In this document: piece by piece, positions 27,812 to 35,813 of the stretch
How the letters are laid out: each line of letters opens with the position of its first letter
Numbering within the stretch: position 1 is the first letter of the stretch
Source of the DNA: a virus
IMG/VR virus record: IMGVR_UViG_3300004805_000006
Span: 1-64,000 of that record
Reading direction: 5' to 3' (one strand)
Length of the DNA: 64,000 bases
Translations under genes and position numbers: made by a program
Notes under the pieces: generated by a model
What the model was told of the DNA's origin: nothing
The model's database searches: none
The model's input: the letters and a program-made list of their open reading frames with translations, nothing else

Positions 27812-28144
27812 TTAAATTTCCTCTGATAGTAACACACTACTAAGGTTTTCAAATTTATCATTGAATTCAGTTTCTTCTCTTACAAATACTTTTTTTCTTC
27901 GCATATACATTGTCATAACTTGACCTTCAAATCCATTAGTAGCATTTACTATACCTTTACTAACTAGTTCATATACATTACCTGTTTTCTTATGAATGAA
28001 ATTATTTACCCAACAATCTATACCATATTTTTTAAGGGTCTCTATTTCTACTTCATTAGCCAGTTGTTTCAATGCAGTGTATAATGCTGAACTATTTGGC
28101 AGTCCTATTTGTTCCATCAATTCCCTTAATCGCTCGTCTCTCAT
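27812..28144 (-). CDS. Hypothetical protein, C-terminal DUF1653-like part
   Basis: HKKTGNVY...NAT.....Y....FVRE..EF..KF. Confidence 0.6.
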   Translation of the reverse strand: MRDERLRELMEQIGLPNSSALYTALKQLANEVEIETLKKYGIDCWVNNFIHKKTGNVYELVSKGIVNATNGFEGQVMTMYMRRKKVFVREETEFNDKFENLSSVLLSEEI

Positions 28145-28173
28145 ATCTTTTTTCCTTAGTATTAAAATTAATG

Positions 28174-28266
28174 TGGCTCCAGAGAGAGGGGACGATCCTC
28201 CATACCGTTCGAGACGGGTTATACTAGATTAACAGTCTAGCCACTTACCAATTAGTGTACCCTGGA
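28174..28266 (-). tRNA. tRNA-Asn(GTT) with long variable arm
   Basis: TCCAGGG/CTCTGGA-GCCA; CTAGA-CT GTT AA-TCTAG; extra arm CCGT-CTCGA-ACGG. Confidence 0.8.
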
Positions 28267-28273
28267 ATATTGT

Positions 28274-28633
28274 TTAAAAGAAATAAATAGCTGGTAATTT
28301 TTCTAACTTAGTTCTAGCTTCCTCTAATGCTTCTATAAATGTTTTTAACCCATCTTCACGAAGTATGAATTCACTTTCTATTTTAATACTTCCCGTAAAT
28401 AAAATTTTAAAGGCACACTTTATTCTATATAAAAAATCCATAATACTATTATGAGTATGATTATATGAAGACCAAGATAAATTTTTATAAAAATTAATAA
28501 AAATCATTTGAAGTTCAGTATCTTTTTCAATATCTATTGTCATGTCGCAATCAACACTTCCACATTCACACATTGCTCTATACATGACTGAATTTGTATT
28601 TTCGCATACTTTCATTACTTTATTGGATATCAT
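28274..28633 (-). CDS. Hypothetical protein
   Basis: GGGAG RBS; CECGS motif. Confidence 0.65.
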   Translation of the reverse strand: MISNKVMKVCENTNSVMYRAMCECGSVDCDMTIDIEKDTELQMIFINFYKNLSWSSYNHTHNSIMDFLYRIKCAFKILFTGSIKIESEFILREDGLKTFIEALEEARTKLEKLPAIYFF

Positions 28634-28658
28634 TTAATCTCCCAATTAAAAATTTTTG

Positions 28659-28742
28659 CGGAAGGCAAAGGACTCGAACCTTTAGAGCTGTTACACTCAC
28701 TTGTTTAGCAAACAAGCTTCTTACCTATTAGAATTAGCTTCC
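28659..28742 (-). tRNA. tRNA-Ser(GCT)
   Basis: GGAAG../..CTTCC-G; CTTGT-TT GCT AA-ACAAG; variable arm; AAAGG-TTCGAGT-CCTTT. Confidence 0.88.
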
Positions 28743-28955
28743 TTATTTAAAAAAATTCATTATATATTTTAAAATATTTTCATCCAAGATAGTATATTCA
28801 TCAAATATGAATATCAAAGTTAATGTAACAATAGGACCTATAATAAGCACTGCTATATTAATACCTAATAAAAATCCTTTCCATGCTATTTTTTCTTCTT
28901 CTGATAAATGTTTGTTAAAAATTCCTTTGGATATTTTTTTTAATGTTATATACAT
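28743..28955 (-). CDS. Small membrane protein
   Basis: One hydrophobic helix. Confidence 0.55.
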   Translation of the reverse strand: MYITLKKISKGIFNKHLSEEEKIAWKGFLLGINIAVLIIGPIVTLTLIFIFDEYTILDENILKYIMNFFK

Positions 28956-29311
28956 GAGAGCCTCTTTATCTCATTTAAAAAATCACCATACCCAAATGGT
29001 TTATCAAACCAACTATCAAATCCTGCAAGATGGAAATTACTGCTATTAATAAGGTCACTATATCCAGATAATGCTATTATTTTTACTTCTTTGTCTATCT
29101 CCCTGATTTTTAAACAAAATTCTAATCCATTCATTTTAGTTAAACCTATATCGGTTATTATTAAATCGTATTTACCAGGTTCAAAAAGTTCTAACGCTTC
29201 TTCTGCAGACCCAACATCATCTAATAATTCTATTCCAGCTATATGTCTAACAATAGAACGTAATAATATTCTACCACTTTCATCATCTTCTACAATTAGA
29301 ATTTTTTTCAT
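28946..29311 (-). CDS. Stand-alone response-regulator receiver (CheY-like)
   Basis: ILIVEDD, DLIITDIGL..MNG, IIALSG, KPF. Confidence 0.92.
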   Translation of the reverse strand: MKKILIVEDDESGRILLRSIVRHIAGIELLDDVGSAEEALELFEPGKYDLIITDIGLTKMNGLEFCLKIREIDKEVKIIALSGYSDLINSSNFHLAGFDSWFDKPFGYGDFLNEIKRLSCI

Positions 29312-29334
29312 GACTACCTCCTAATTTAATTTTA

Positions 29335-29406
29335 AGTCCGTGACATGGATCGAACCTGCATGAACCATTTTCGTAAAATGGGGCTACTCCTTTTAGCTAC
29401 ACGGAC
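29335..29406 (-). tRNA. tRNA-Arg(ACG)
   Basis: GTCCGTG/CACGGAC; CCATT-TT ACG AA-AATGG; imperfect T stem. Confidence 0.8.
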
Positions 29407-29411
29407 ATTAG

Positions 29412-29491
29412 TACCCAAGAGAAGATTTGAACTTCCATACCTATTGGCACAGTTTCTAAGACTGCTGGCTATACCGTTCGCCTACTTGGGC
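29412..29491 (-). tRNA. tRNA-Leu(TAG)
   Basis: GCCCAAG/CTTGGGT; GCAGT-CT TAG AA-ACTGT; variable arm. Confidence 0.88.
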
Positions 29492-29513
29492 ATTTTATAT
29501 ATATAATATTTTA

Positions 29514-29581
29514 TGCGGGAGAGGGAATCAAACCCCCTAAAACTGATTTATGAGACCAGTACGAATATCAATTCTTCCCGC
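29514..29581 (-). tRNA. Compact tRNA with CAT anticodon (Met or Ile2)
   Basis: GCGGGA/TCCCGC-A; D arm GAAT-TGAT-ATTC; CTGGT-CT CAT AA-ATCAG; 68 nt. Confidence 0.7.
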
Positions 29582-29586
29582 AATAT

Positions 29587-29985
29587 CTATTCAAAATCTA
29601 AATCCATGCCAGGATTAGTAATTGATTCTTCTACTAATTTTTTAGTGAACGCAAATTCTGGTGAATCATATAATTCTTGCATATCTAAAGTTAAATAACT
29701 ACTTGTTTCCTTTTTCTTATCACTTGCTCCTGGGCAACCCATCTTTTTTCCTTTACGCATAACACAACTTCTAATCTTTGCTTTAGTTGCGTCAGAAAAC
29801 TTTGAACGGTTTAAAAGCCTAAGTGCTGCTGTATAATGAATACAATCAGGAACTGGAAAACTGCGTTCAGGACCACAATAAGTACTTGATTTTAAAGCTT
29901 TTCTATCCTTAGTAGTTAAAACTTTAGCTATTTCTAAAGCCTTCTGTGCCCTCTTAATGGCTGAATTTAAACTATCTATTTCCAT
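29587..29985 (-). CDS. Hypothetical basic protein
   Basis: AAGGAGG RBS; R..LKSS.YCGP.RSFPVPD..H..AAL motif. Confidence 0.75.
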   Translation of the reverse strand: MEIDSLNSAIKRAQKALEIAKVLTTKDRKALKSSTYCGPERSFPVPDCIHYTAALRLLNRSKFSDATKAKIRSCVMRKGKKMGCPGASDKKKETSSYLTLDMQELYDSPEFAFTKKLVEESITNPGMDLDFE

Positions 29986-30001
29986 ATTTCCTCCTTAAAT
30001 A

Positions 30002-30031
30002 AAGGTAGAGAGGATAATATCTCTCTACCTT
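30002..30031 (-). terminator. Hairpin downstream of the micropeptide array
   Basis: AAGGTAGAGAG/CTCTCTACCTT. Confidence 0.6.
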
Positions 30032-30055
30032 GTAAGGTTACATTATTATTTCAAA

Positions 30056-30094
30056 TCATTTTGGTTTCGGTTTCGGTTTTGCCTTGCATCCCAT
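30056..30094 (-). CDS. Micropeptide MGCKAKPKPKPK
   Basis: AAAGGAGGTGA RBS 7 nt before ATG; TGA stop. Confidence 0.7.
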   Translation of the reverse strand: MGCKAKPKPKPK

Positions 30095-30136
30095 TAATCA
30101 ATCACCTCCTTTTCCATTATTTAATAATATTAAAAA

Positions 30137-30175
30137 TCATTTGGGTTTTGGTTTCGGTTTTGCCTTGCATCCCAT
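30137..30175 (-). CDS. Micropeptide MGCKAKPKPKPK
   Basis: Same RBS; differs from the neighbouring copy only at synonymous Pro codon positions. Confidence 0.7.
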   Translation of the reverse strand: MGCKAKPKPKPK

Positions 30176-30217
30176 TAATCAATCACCTCCTTTTCCATTA
30201 TTTAATAATATTAAAAA

Positions 30218-30268
30218 TCATTTGGGTTTTGGTTTTGGTTTTGGTACTGGTTTTGTAGTTCCGCCCAT
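30218..30268 (-). CDS. Micropeptide MGGTTKPVPKPKPKPK
   Basis: AGGAGGTGA RBS; TGA stop. Confidence 0.7.
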   Translation of the reverse strand: MGGTTKPVPKPKPKPK

Positions 30269-30285
30269 TATAAGTCACCTCCTAA

Positions 30286-30870
30286 TTAATATTTATTAAA
30301 AATGTTTTGAAAAGCTTCATAATATGGACCAGGTGTTTGTTTATCTATCCACCCTATCATTCTTCCCCCACGACTTAATATTCTAGAACAAGCCGTAGAC
30401 ATATCCGCTATTAATGGTAATGTTTCATCGTCAATTATATTATAACAGTCTATAAAAATAAAATCATATTTTTTATTTGTTTGATAAGCATACTCAATGC
30501 CGTCAGAATGTAAAATTCTATGTTTTTCTGGAGTATATGATAAATCTAATCCTCTATCTTCTTCTTTTATCTTACCACATACCTTTATAACATCCATATT
30601 ATTTTCTACTGTAGTTACATGCGTAACCTTAGGAAATGTTAATAGATACCTAGAAACTATACCTAACCCTAAACCTACGTCTAAACAATTTCCTTTTGGA
30701 AAGTCAGATATCTGACGCATATAATCTACAAGTTCGCCTTCAGCACAACATAGAGTATGACCCGTACCCACCTCAAGAAATAGTTCTCTGTTCATTTTAT
30801 AAACTCTAGCTTTGCCATGTTCAGCTATCATTTCACCATCTTTAAAATAAATAAGTCCCTTTTTAGTCAT
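30286..30870 (-). CDS. Class I SAM-dependent methyltransferase (spermidine-synthase-like)
   Basis: CLDVGLGLG, VTTVENN.DVI, SDG, YDFIFID. Confidence 0.82.
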   Translation of the reverse strand: MTKKGLIYFKDGEMIAEHGKARVYKMNRELFLEVGTGHTLCCAEGELVDYMRQISDFPKGNCLDVGLGLGIVSRYLLTFPKVTHVTTVENNMDVIKVCGKIKEEDRGLDLSYTPEKHRILHSDGIEYAYQTNKKYDFIFIDCYNIIDDETLPLIADMSTACSRILSRGGRMIGWIDKQTPGPYYEAFQNIFNKY

Positions 30871-30888
30871 TATAACTCCTAAAAATAT

Positions 30889-31182
30889 CTATTCTACTCG
30901 TGGTTTAGTAATATCAATTGGTTTATCAAACTTTAGATCAATTGTTAAAAGTACACCACCTTTAAGTATTGGGTCTTTGACATCACCACTCTCTAAAGTT
31001 TCAATAATATGAGCGTAATACCCAACATTAATATTAGATTTTTTAGATATTGGTATATAAATATCTAGAGCAGCATTAACTTCTGACCTAACCCAATTAG
31101 CCCAAGCCTGTATTTTTTCTTCTTCGGTTAATTCACTAATATTTTGAACTACATCCATTTCCTGATCAGATACTTCTACCAT
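30889..31182 (-). CDS. Hypothetical protein
   Basis: AAGGAG RBS, coupled ORF. Confidence 0.65.
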   Translation of the reverse strand: MVEVSDQEMDVVQNISELTEEEKIQAWANWVRSEVNAALDIYIPISKKSNINVGYYAHIIETLESGDVKDPILKGGVLLTIDLKFDKPIDITKPRVE

Positions 31183-31703
31183 GATTGATCTCCTTTATCT
31201 ACTTGTTTACCCTGTTTAGACATTTCTTTTTCTTGGTCATAAACATCATTAACTAATGTAGCAAGTTTAAACTTCCAATCTGGATCATCTACATTACACT
31301 GTTGTTCCATTCTAAAATCTGATAAATCATGAGGCAAAAGTTTAATTTTATCTTGCTCGTCGATAAAAATATGTCTTAATTCATGTGACATAATTCTTTT
31401 TCTATCTGCGGCATTAGCTAATTCCCAAGTTTTTTGATCAAAAACAATAATAACATCATACCCATCTGTCGCAATATCATCCTTAGAGAAGAATTTAATT
31501 TTATCAGATGATACTTCAGCGCTTGCTAATATTACTTCACCTTGTTTAATTCTTCGTTTAGTATCAAAAATTAATTTAATTTTTAATTGCGCCAAATTAG
31601 GAAATCTTTCTTCCATTACCGATAAAAAAACTTCAACTACATCATCATCAACATCTGTAAATCTAATCATAATCCTTCTCCTTTTAAACGTGATAGTTAG
31701 CAT
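31176..31703 (-). CDS. Putative phage metallopeptidase (probable start MIRF at 31670)
   Basis: W......R...MSHELRHI...PHDL.DF. Confidence 0.75.
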   Translation of the reverse strand: MLTITFKRRRIMIRFTDVDDDVVEVFLSVMEERFPNLAQLKIKLIFDTKRRIKQGEVILASAEVSSDKIKFFSKDDIATDGYDVIIVFDQKTWELANAADRKRIMSHELRHIFIDEQDKIKLLPHDLSDFRMEQQCNVDDPDWKFKLATLVNDVYDQEKEMSKQGKQVDKGDQSW

Positions 31704-31932
31704 TAATATGATTTTTAAGTTCTAGTAGACTATCTACTAACCTATAACTCATATCAACTTGTTTTTTATTTTTTTCGTCGCTATTAGCATTTAATTGTTT
31801 TTCTATTATAATGCCACCAGAAAAAGAGTTTCCACTTTTATCGTAGCAAAGACGAATAGATTTGCCATTTTTTAATTTTTTTATTCTAACTCTTCCACCA
31901 TTATTTACACATTCTTCGAAATCCTTCCTCAT
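31684..31932 (-). CDS. Hypothetical protein
   Basis: AGGAGG RBS. Confidence 0.65.
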   Translation of the reverse strand: MRKDFEECVNNGGRVRIKKLKNGKSIRLCYDKSGNSFSGGIIIEKQLNANSDEKNKKQVDMSYRLVDSLLELKNHINANYHV

Positions 31933-31991
31933 TCCAATCCTCCTAAAGTTAATTATTAATATTTACTATTGGTTAATTCTAACTTATCTTA

Positions 31992-32019
31992 AAGATAAGC
32001 ATCATTTACTAAATGTCAA
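31992..32019 (-). promoter_or_regulatory. Promoter TTGACA-N16-TATCTT
   Basis: Same spacing as the other copies. Confidence 0.6.
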
Positions 32020-32362
32020 GGTTTAAATTATAAAAAATTTCAGTATTAAATGGTGCAGATATAGCATTAGGAATTAAACTTTTAATAATAGCTGAAGCTG
32101 GAATATTCCATGAGTGGATTATAGTAATAGCTGTATTATTAAAATTACGTGGATTATTTTTTAAAAATTTTGCCACATCAATACCCTTACCATTACCTTT
32201 ACCAAGATCGTTGTCTAGGAATAAGTAATCAAATTTATAACACTGCAAATATTCTATAGCATTAATAGCATTTTCAGTTATTTTTAAATTGTATTGTCCA
32301 AAACGTTCTACAAAAAATCTTACCCTAAATACATCATCTTCAAGTACCATTATGTGTGTCAT
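32009..32362 (-). CDS. Receiver-like domain (cyclic-phosphate-processing REC type)
   Basis: MVLEDD..R, FDYLFLDNDLG, G.DVA, IIHSWN. Confidence 0.75.
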   Translation of the reverse strand: MTHIMVLEDDVFRVRFFVERFGQYNLKITENAINAIEYLQCYKFDYLFLDNDLGKGNGKGIDVAKFLKNNPRNFNNTAITIIHSWNIPASAIIKSLIPNAISAPFNTEIFYNLNLDI

Positions 32363-33167
32363 GTATTTTACCTGTTATATTGGTAATATTGGTAATAGTA
32401 GAAATAAATAAATCACTTTTTTTAATTTGCACGGCTTTTAAAAACACATCTAGTACTTTACCATCTTTAGTTACAAATTGTGTTTCTATTTCTCCTACTC
32501 CAGTTTCTTTTATCTGTTTATATTTTAATTCACCCACACGTTCAAATTCATCATCTGTTAAGTAATATAATCGCGTAGATTTATTTAATAATTCTTCTTT
32601 AGTATAACCAAGTAAATCTAAAAGATACTGATTAGTATTAATTAATATTCTTTTACCACTATTACCCTCTATAAGTACTATACCTATAGGAGTAGCATTA
32701 AATAATGCATCTAAAGTTGCTTCTCTACATGTTAGATCTTCTAAAGCTTTCTTTTCTACTGTTATATCTTTTAATACATGTATAAAACCTAAAAGTTGAT
32801 TACTATGAGAATAAATAGGGGATACAGTTACATCAAACCAACCAGTTAATTTTTTTATATAAATATCTTTTACTATTCTACTTGGTTTACATACGCTATA
32901 ATCATAAATACTTAGGCTTGACAAAACATCTTGTGGATAAACCTGTATTTCTTCGTAACAAATCTTGTCATAAAGTTCCTCTTTACTCTTTTTTAATCTT
33001 GTAGATAAAATCTCATTAACAAATTTTATTTCAAGTTTATTATTTATTATATAGATACATTCTGGTATTGCATCTAAAGCGTATTCCCACATCTTTGCCT
33101 GGTCTCTAAGATACCCATTTTTAGTCAGTGCCTCAGTTAGTTCTCTAAGTTTTTTTAGTTCGTCCAT
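32340..33167 (-). CDS. Tandem PAS-domain protein with no output domain
   Basis: ALDAIPECIYII...IKFVN...SPI....GFIHVLKDIT; LFNATPIGI...N....LLGYTKEEL...TKDG. Confidence 0.85.
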   Translation of the reverse strand: MDELKKLRELTEALTKNGYLRDQAKMWEYALDAIPECIYIINNKLEIKFVNEILSTRLKKSKEELYDKICYEEIQVYPQDVLSSLSIYDYSVCKPSRIVKDIYIKKLTGWFDVTVSPIYSHSNQLLGFIHVLKDITVEKKALEDLTCREATLDALFNATPIGIVLIEGNSGKRILINTNQYLLDLLGYTKEELLNKSTRLYYLTDDEFERVGELKYKQIKETGVGEIETQFVTKDGKVLDVFLKAVQIKKSDLFISTITNITNITGKIHDTHNGT

Positions 33168-33196
33168 AATCTTTGATTTCCTTTTATGGGCTAGAC

Positions 33197-33661
33197 CTAG
33201 TTTTTAATCATACGGAGTATAATGCCCATAACACCGCTACCAATAAATCCAGCTATAAGACTCCAAATTCCTAGTTTAACAGTTAAAGTAACAACTGTAT
33301 TACTAAGTGGAACAATAATTTCTTTTTTATACATTTTAAGTTCATCATCATTTTTTTCTGCTTTAGTTTCTATTTTTTTAATTAATTCTTTTAAATCGCC
33401 TATATCATCTTTACACTCACTTCGAAGATTGACCATTTCTACATACCTTAATGATTCTATTTGATCGTTTAATTTTTCAACACTTATTAGAACATGTTTA
33501 AACCAAGCTTTTTTTAAATCCTCACCACCTAAATTACTTGAATAAGGGTCATTAGCATTTGATGGAAATGTACTATTAGGTTTAGAAACAACATCAAGTA
33601 GATCTTGCATTTCTATATCTAGTGTCACAACATTTGATTTTCCTTTAGGTCTTTCAGCCAT
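33197..33661 (-). CDS. Coiled-coil protein with C-terminal TM helix (possibly holin-like)
   Basis: C-terminal LGIWSLIAGFIGSGVMGIIL. Confidence 0.6.
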   Translation of the reverse strand: MAERPKGKSNVVTLDIEMQDLLDVVSKPNSTFPSNANDPYSSNLGGEDLKKAWFKHVLISVEKLNDQIESLRYVEMVNLRSECKDDIGDLKELIKKIETKAEKNDDELKMYKKEIIVPLSNTVVTLTVKLGIWSLIAGFIGSGVMGIILRMIKN

Positions 33662-33676
33662 TTGACACCTAATCCC

Positions 33677-33868
33677 TTATATATATTTTAAATCACTTCC
33701 ACATAATGGACAAAACTTTATAGGTATACCATATTTATGAACTTGAGTAAATCCTGGTTCTTCTGTTAATTCTATCCAGTGTAGGATCCAGCCATATGCT
33801 GGATCCAACTGAAAAATATTTGGATTACTACATTTTTTTAAAGTTTCCCAATCCTCACAATTACACAT
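33677..33868 (-). CDS. Small zinc-binding protein
   Basis: MCNC...IKFCPLCG. Confidence 0.65.
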   Translation of the reverse strand: MCNCEDWETLKKCSNPNIFQLDPAYGWILHWIELTEEPGFTQVHKYGIPIKFCPLCGSDLKYI

Positions 33869-33883
33869 ATATTTCCTATGTAA

Positions 33884-34423
33884 CTATTTAAGTATTCCAC
33901 CAGAATATGGTGTTTCGAAATCATACTTACCACCAAGCGATCTCCAACCTTCAGTAGGCCAATTCTTGAAAGACTGGTTAAGAGCTACAATACTCTCTGC
34001 AGACCTATCTTTAGTATCCATAACATCAAATTTTGGAGGATCAATTTGAGCACCTTCATTATTATTTGACATTGTCATTCTAATGAACTGATCATCTCTT
34101 ACATATTTAATTGAATCTCCCCAAATATGTGGATTATGATTTACATTCATACTACGAGAAGCTACATTACTACCAATTCCAGTATCCTCAGTAAGTACAT
34201 TCCAGTCTTCCGACTCACCTTTAGCCTTAAAAGCCATAGTATTGGTTCTTGTATAATCACTAGTTAATCTAGCACCTGTATTCATAGACCCAAAATTAGA
34301 CATTTTCATATCAAAAGTTCGTCTAATAGCTACGTCTACTCCTGCCCGTGCCCCATCTAGATCTGGTTCTCTAACACCAGTCTGTGGGATCTGATAAAAA
34401 TCAAAATAAAATTGCTCTGCCAT
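33884..34423 (-). CDS. Hypothetical protein (possibly virion)
   Basis: AGGAGG RBS. Confidence 0.7.
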   Translation of the reverse strand: MAEQFYFDFYQIPQTGVREPDLDGARAGVDVAIRRTFDMKMSNFGSMNTGARLTSDYTRTNTMAFKAKGESEDWNVLTEDTGIGSNVASRSMNVNHNPHIWGDSIKYVRDDQFIRMTMSNNNEGAQIDPPKFDVMDTKDRSAESIVALNQSFKNWPTEGWRSLGGKYDFETPYSGGILK

Positions 34424-34497
34424 TTTTAATTCCTCCTGTTTATGGGGTGTAATTATAACCCTCTATTATTCTATATAGTACAAAAATACAAATATGT

Positions 34498-35544
34498 TCA
34501 ATCTGTTGATCTTCTTTTTTGTAACATAGTTTCGTACTGTATATCTGTAAAACCAAATAGTCTAATTTCTAGGCTACTATTATTAATTAAATACAAAGCA
34601 TTATCATCATATGTTTTTAAAGATAACACAACAATTTCCTTAACTCCGGCATTTATAATTTCTTTAATACAATTAGAACATGGTATTGAACAGTACATAT
34701 ACATTGTAGAACCTTTAGTATATATTCCATTTTTTGCAGCATTTAAAATTGTATTAACTTCGGCATGTGATGCTATACACATGTGTAATCCTTCTATAGA
34801 AGAAAACTCCAATAAGTGCCTAGGACATTTATCTTTTGTATCATTATCTTTGATATACTCATTGTAATTATCAGAAAAAACTTTATCAATATTCCATCTA
34901 TTATCACATCTTGGAACTCCTGAAGGTGGTCCATTGTAACCTGTGGAAATAATACTTTTATCTCGCACTAAAATAGCTCCAATTCTTCTAGATAAACATT
35001 TAGAATTTCTAGCTACTTGTCTACATATATTATAAAAATATTCATCCCAGTTATTAATTGCTGAGTCTGTAATTGAGTAACCAAACGAAGCAGATTTATC
35101 TGATACAGACAAAGTGTCAATAACCATTTGATCAGTTACTTTATTAAGTGAGGTTCTAAAATACTTAGCAGCTACTTCTTTATGTATATCTCTAGGAGAT
35201 CTAATAAGGTCATTAAAAGAAGATGTTCCAGAAGCTATCATAACTTTTATAACTAAGCTTATAACAAATTTATCTATATTATCATCAACTGGAAATTTGT
35301 GCAGAATTGTTTTAATAACTCTATCTGAACAATCAGTATATGATGATCCTAACGCTGATGATGTCTTTATAATATTAATAGCATCAGTTATTAATTCTAC
35401 ACTGTAAGTAACAAATATATTATTTATTTCCTCCATAATGAGCTTATCTCTTAAATCACCATAATAAAAATCATAAGTTTGTTTAAATTCATCATCTATA
35501 ATTAACTCCATTAGATTATTCTCCATTATTAAGTTCTTCTTCAT
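34498..35544 (-). CDS. dCMP deaminase with N-terminal extension
   Basis: WDEYF, SKCLSRRIGA, STGYNGPP, HAEVN, PCSNC. Confidence 0.9.
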   Translation of the reverse strand: MKKNLIMENNLMELIIDDEFKQTYDFYYGDLRDKLIMEEINNIFVTYSVELITDAINIIKTSSALGSSYTDCSDRVIKTILHKFPVDDNIDKFVISLVIKVMIASGTSSFNDLIRSPRDIHKEVAAKYFRTSLNKVTDQMVIDTLSVSDKSASFGYSITDSAINNWDEYFYNICRQVARNSKCLSRRIGAILVRDKSIISTGYNGPPSGVPRCDNRWNIDKVFSDNYNEYIKDNDTKDKCPRHLLEFSSIEGLHMCIASHAEVNTILNAAKNGIYTKGSTMYMYCSIPCSNCIKEIINAGVKEIVVLSLKTYDDNALYLINNSSLEIRLFGFTDIQYETMLQKRRSTD

Positions 35545-35782
35545 TGATAGAAGGAACCCATGATAAATCTATATTGTCTATATTATCAAGCATTACTTGC
35601 TTACTGTATTCATCATTATACTGCATTAAAATCATTCTATCTGCATCTTGGCAAGCTAAGCATTTAATATCTATTACTATAGTAGCTTCTTTATTCATTG
35701 GCTTAAATGAACACATACCCATAGCTCCACAGTCACATTCATAATGTATAATATTATTTTCGTGTTTTTTAATTTTAATCAT
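35516..35782 (-). CDS. Small zinc-binding protein
   Basis: CDCG...CLAC. Confidence 0.6.
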   Translation of the reverse strand: MIKIKKHENNIIHYECDCGAMGMCSFKPMNKEATIVIDIKCLACQDADRMILMQYNDEYSKQVMLDNIDNIDLSWVPSINEEELNNGE

Positions 35783-35813
35783 AGTAGTTCCTTACTATAA
35801 CAAGGTTAGTTAA

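Noticed and set aside
30050-30285. CRISPR array, or the + strand ORFs 30061-30258 and 30084-30299
   Set aside because: Units are near-identical over their whole length with no unique spacers and no cas genes; RBS-ATG-stop logic supports minus-strand micropeptides.
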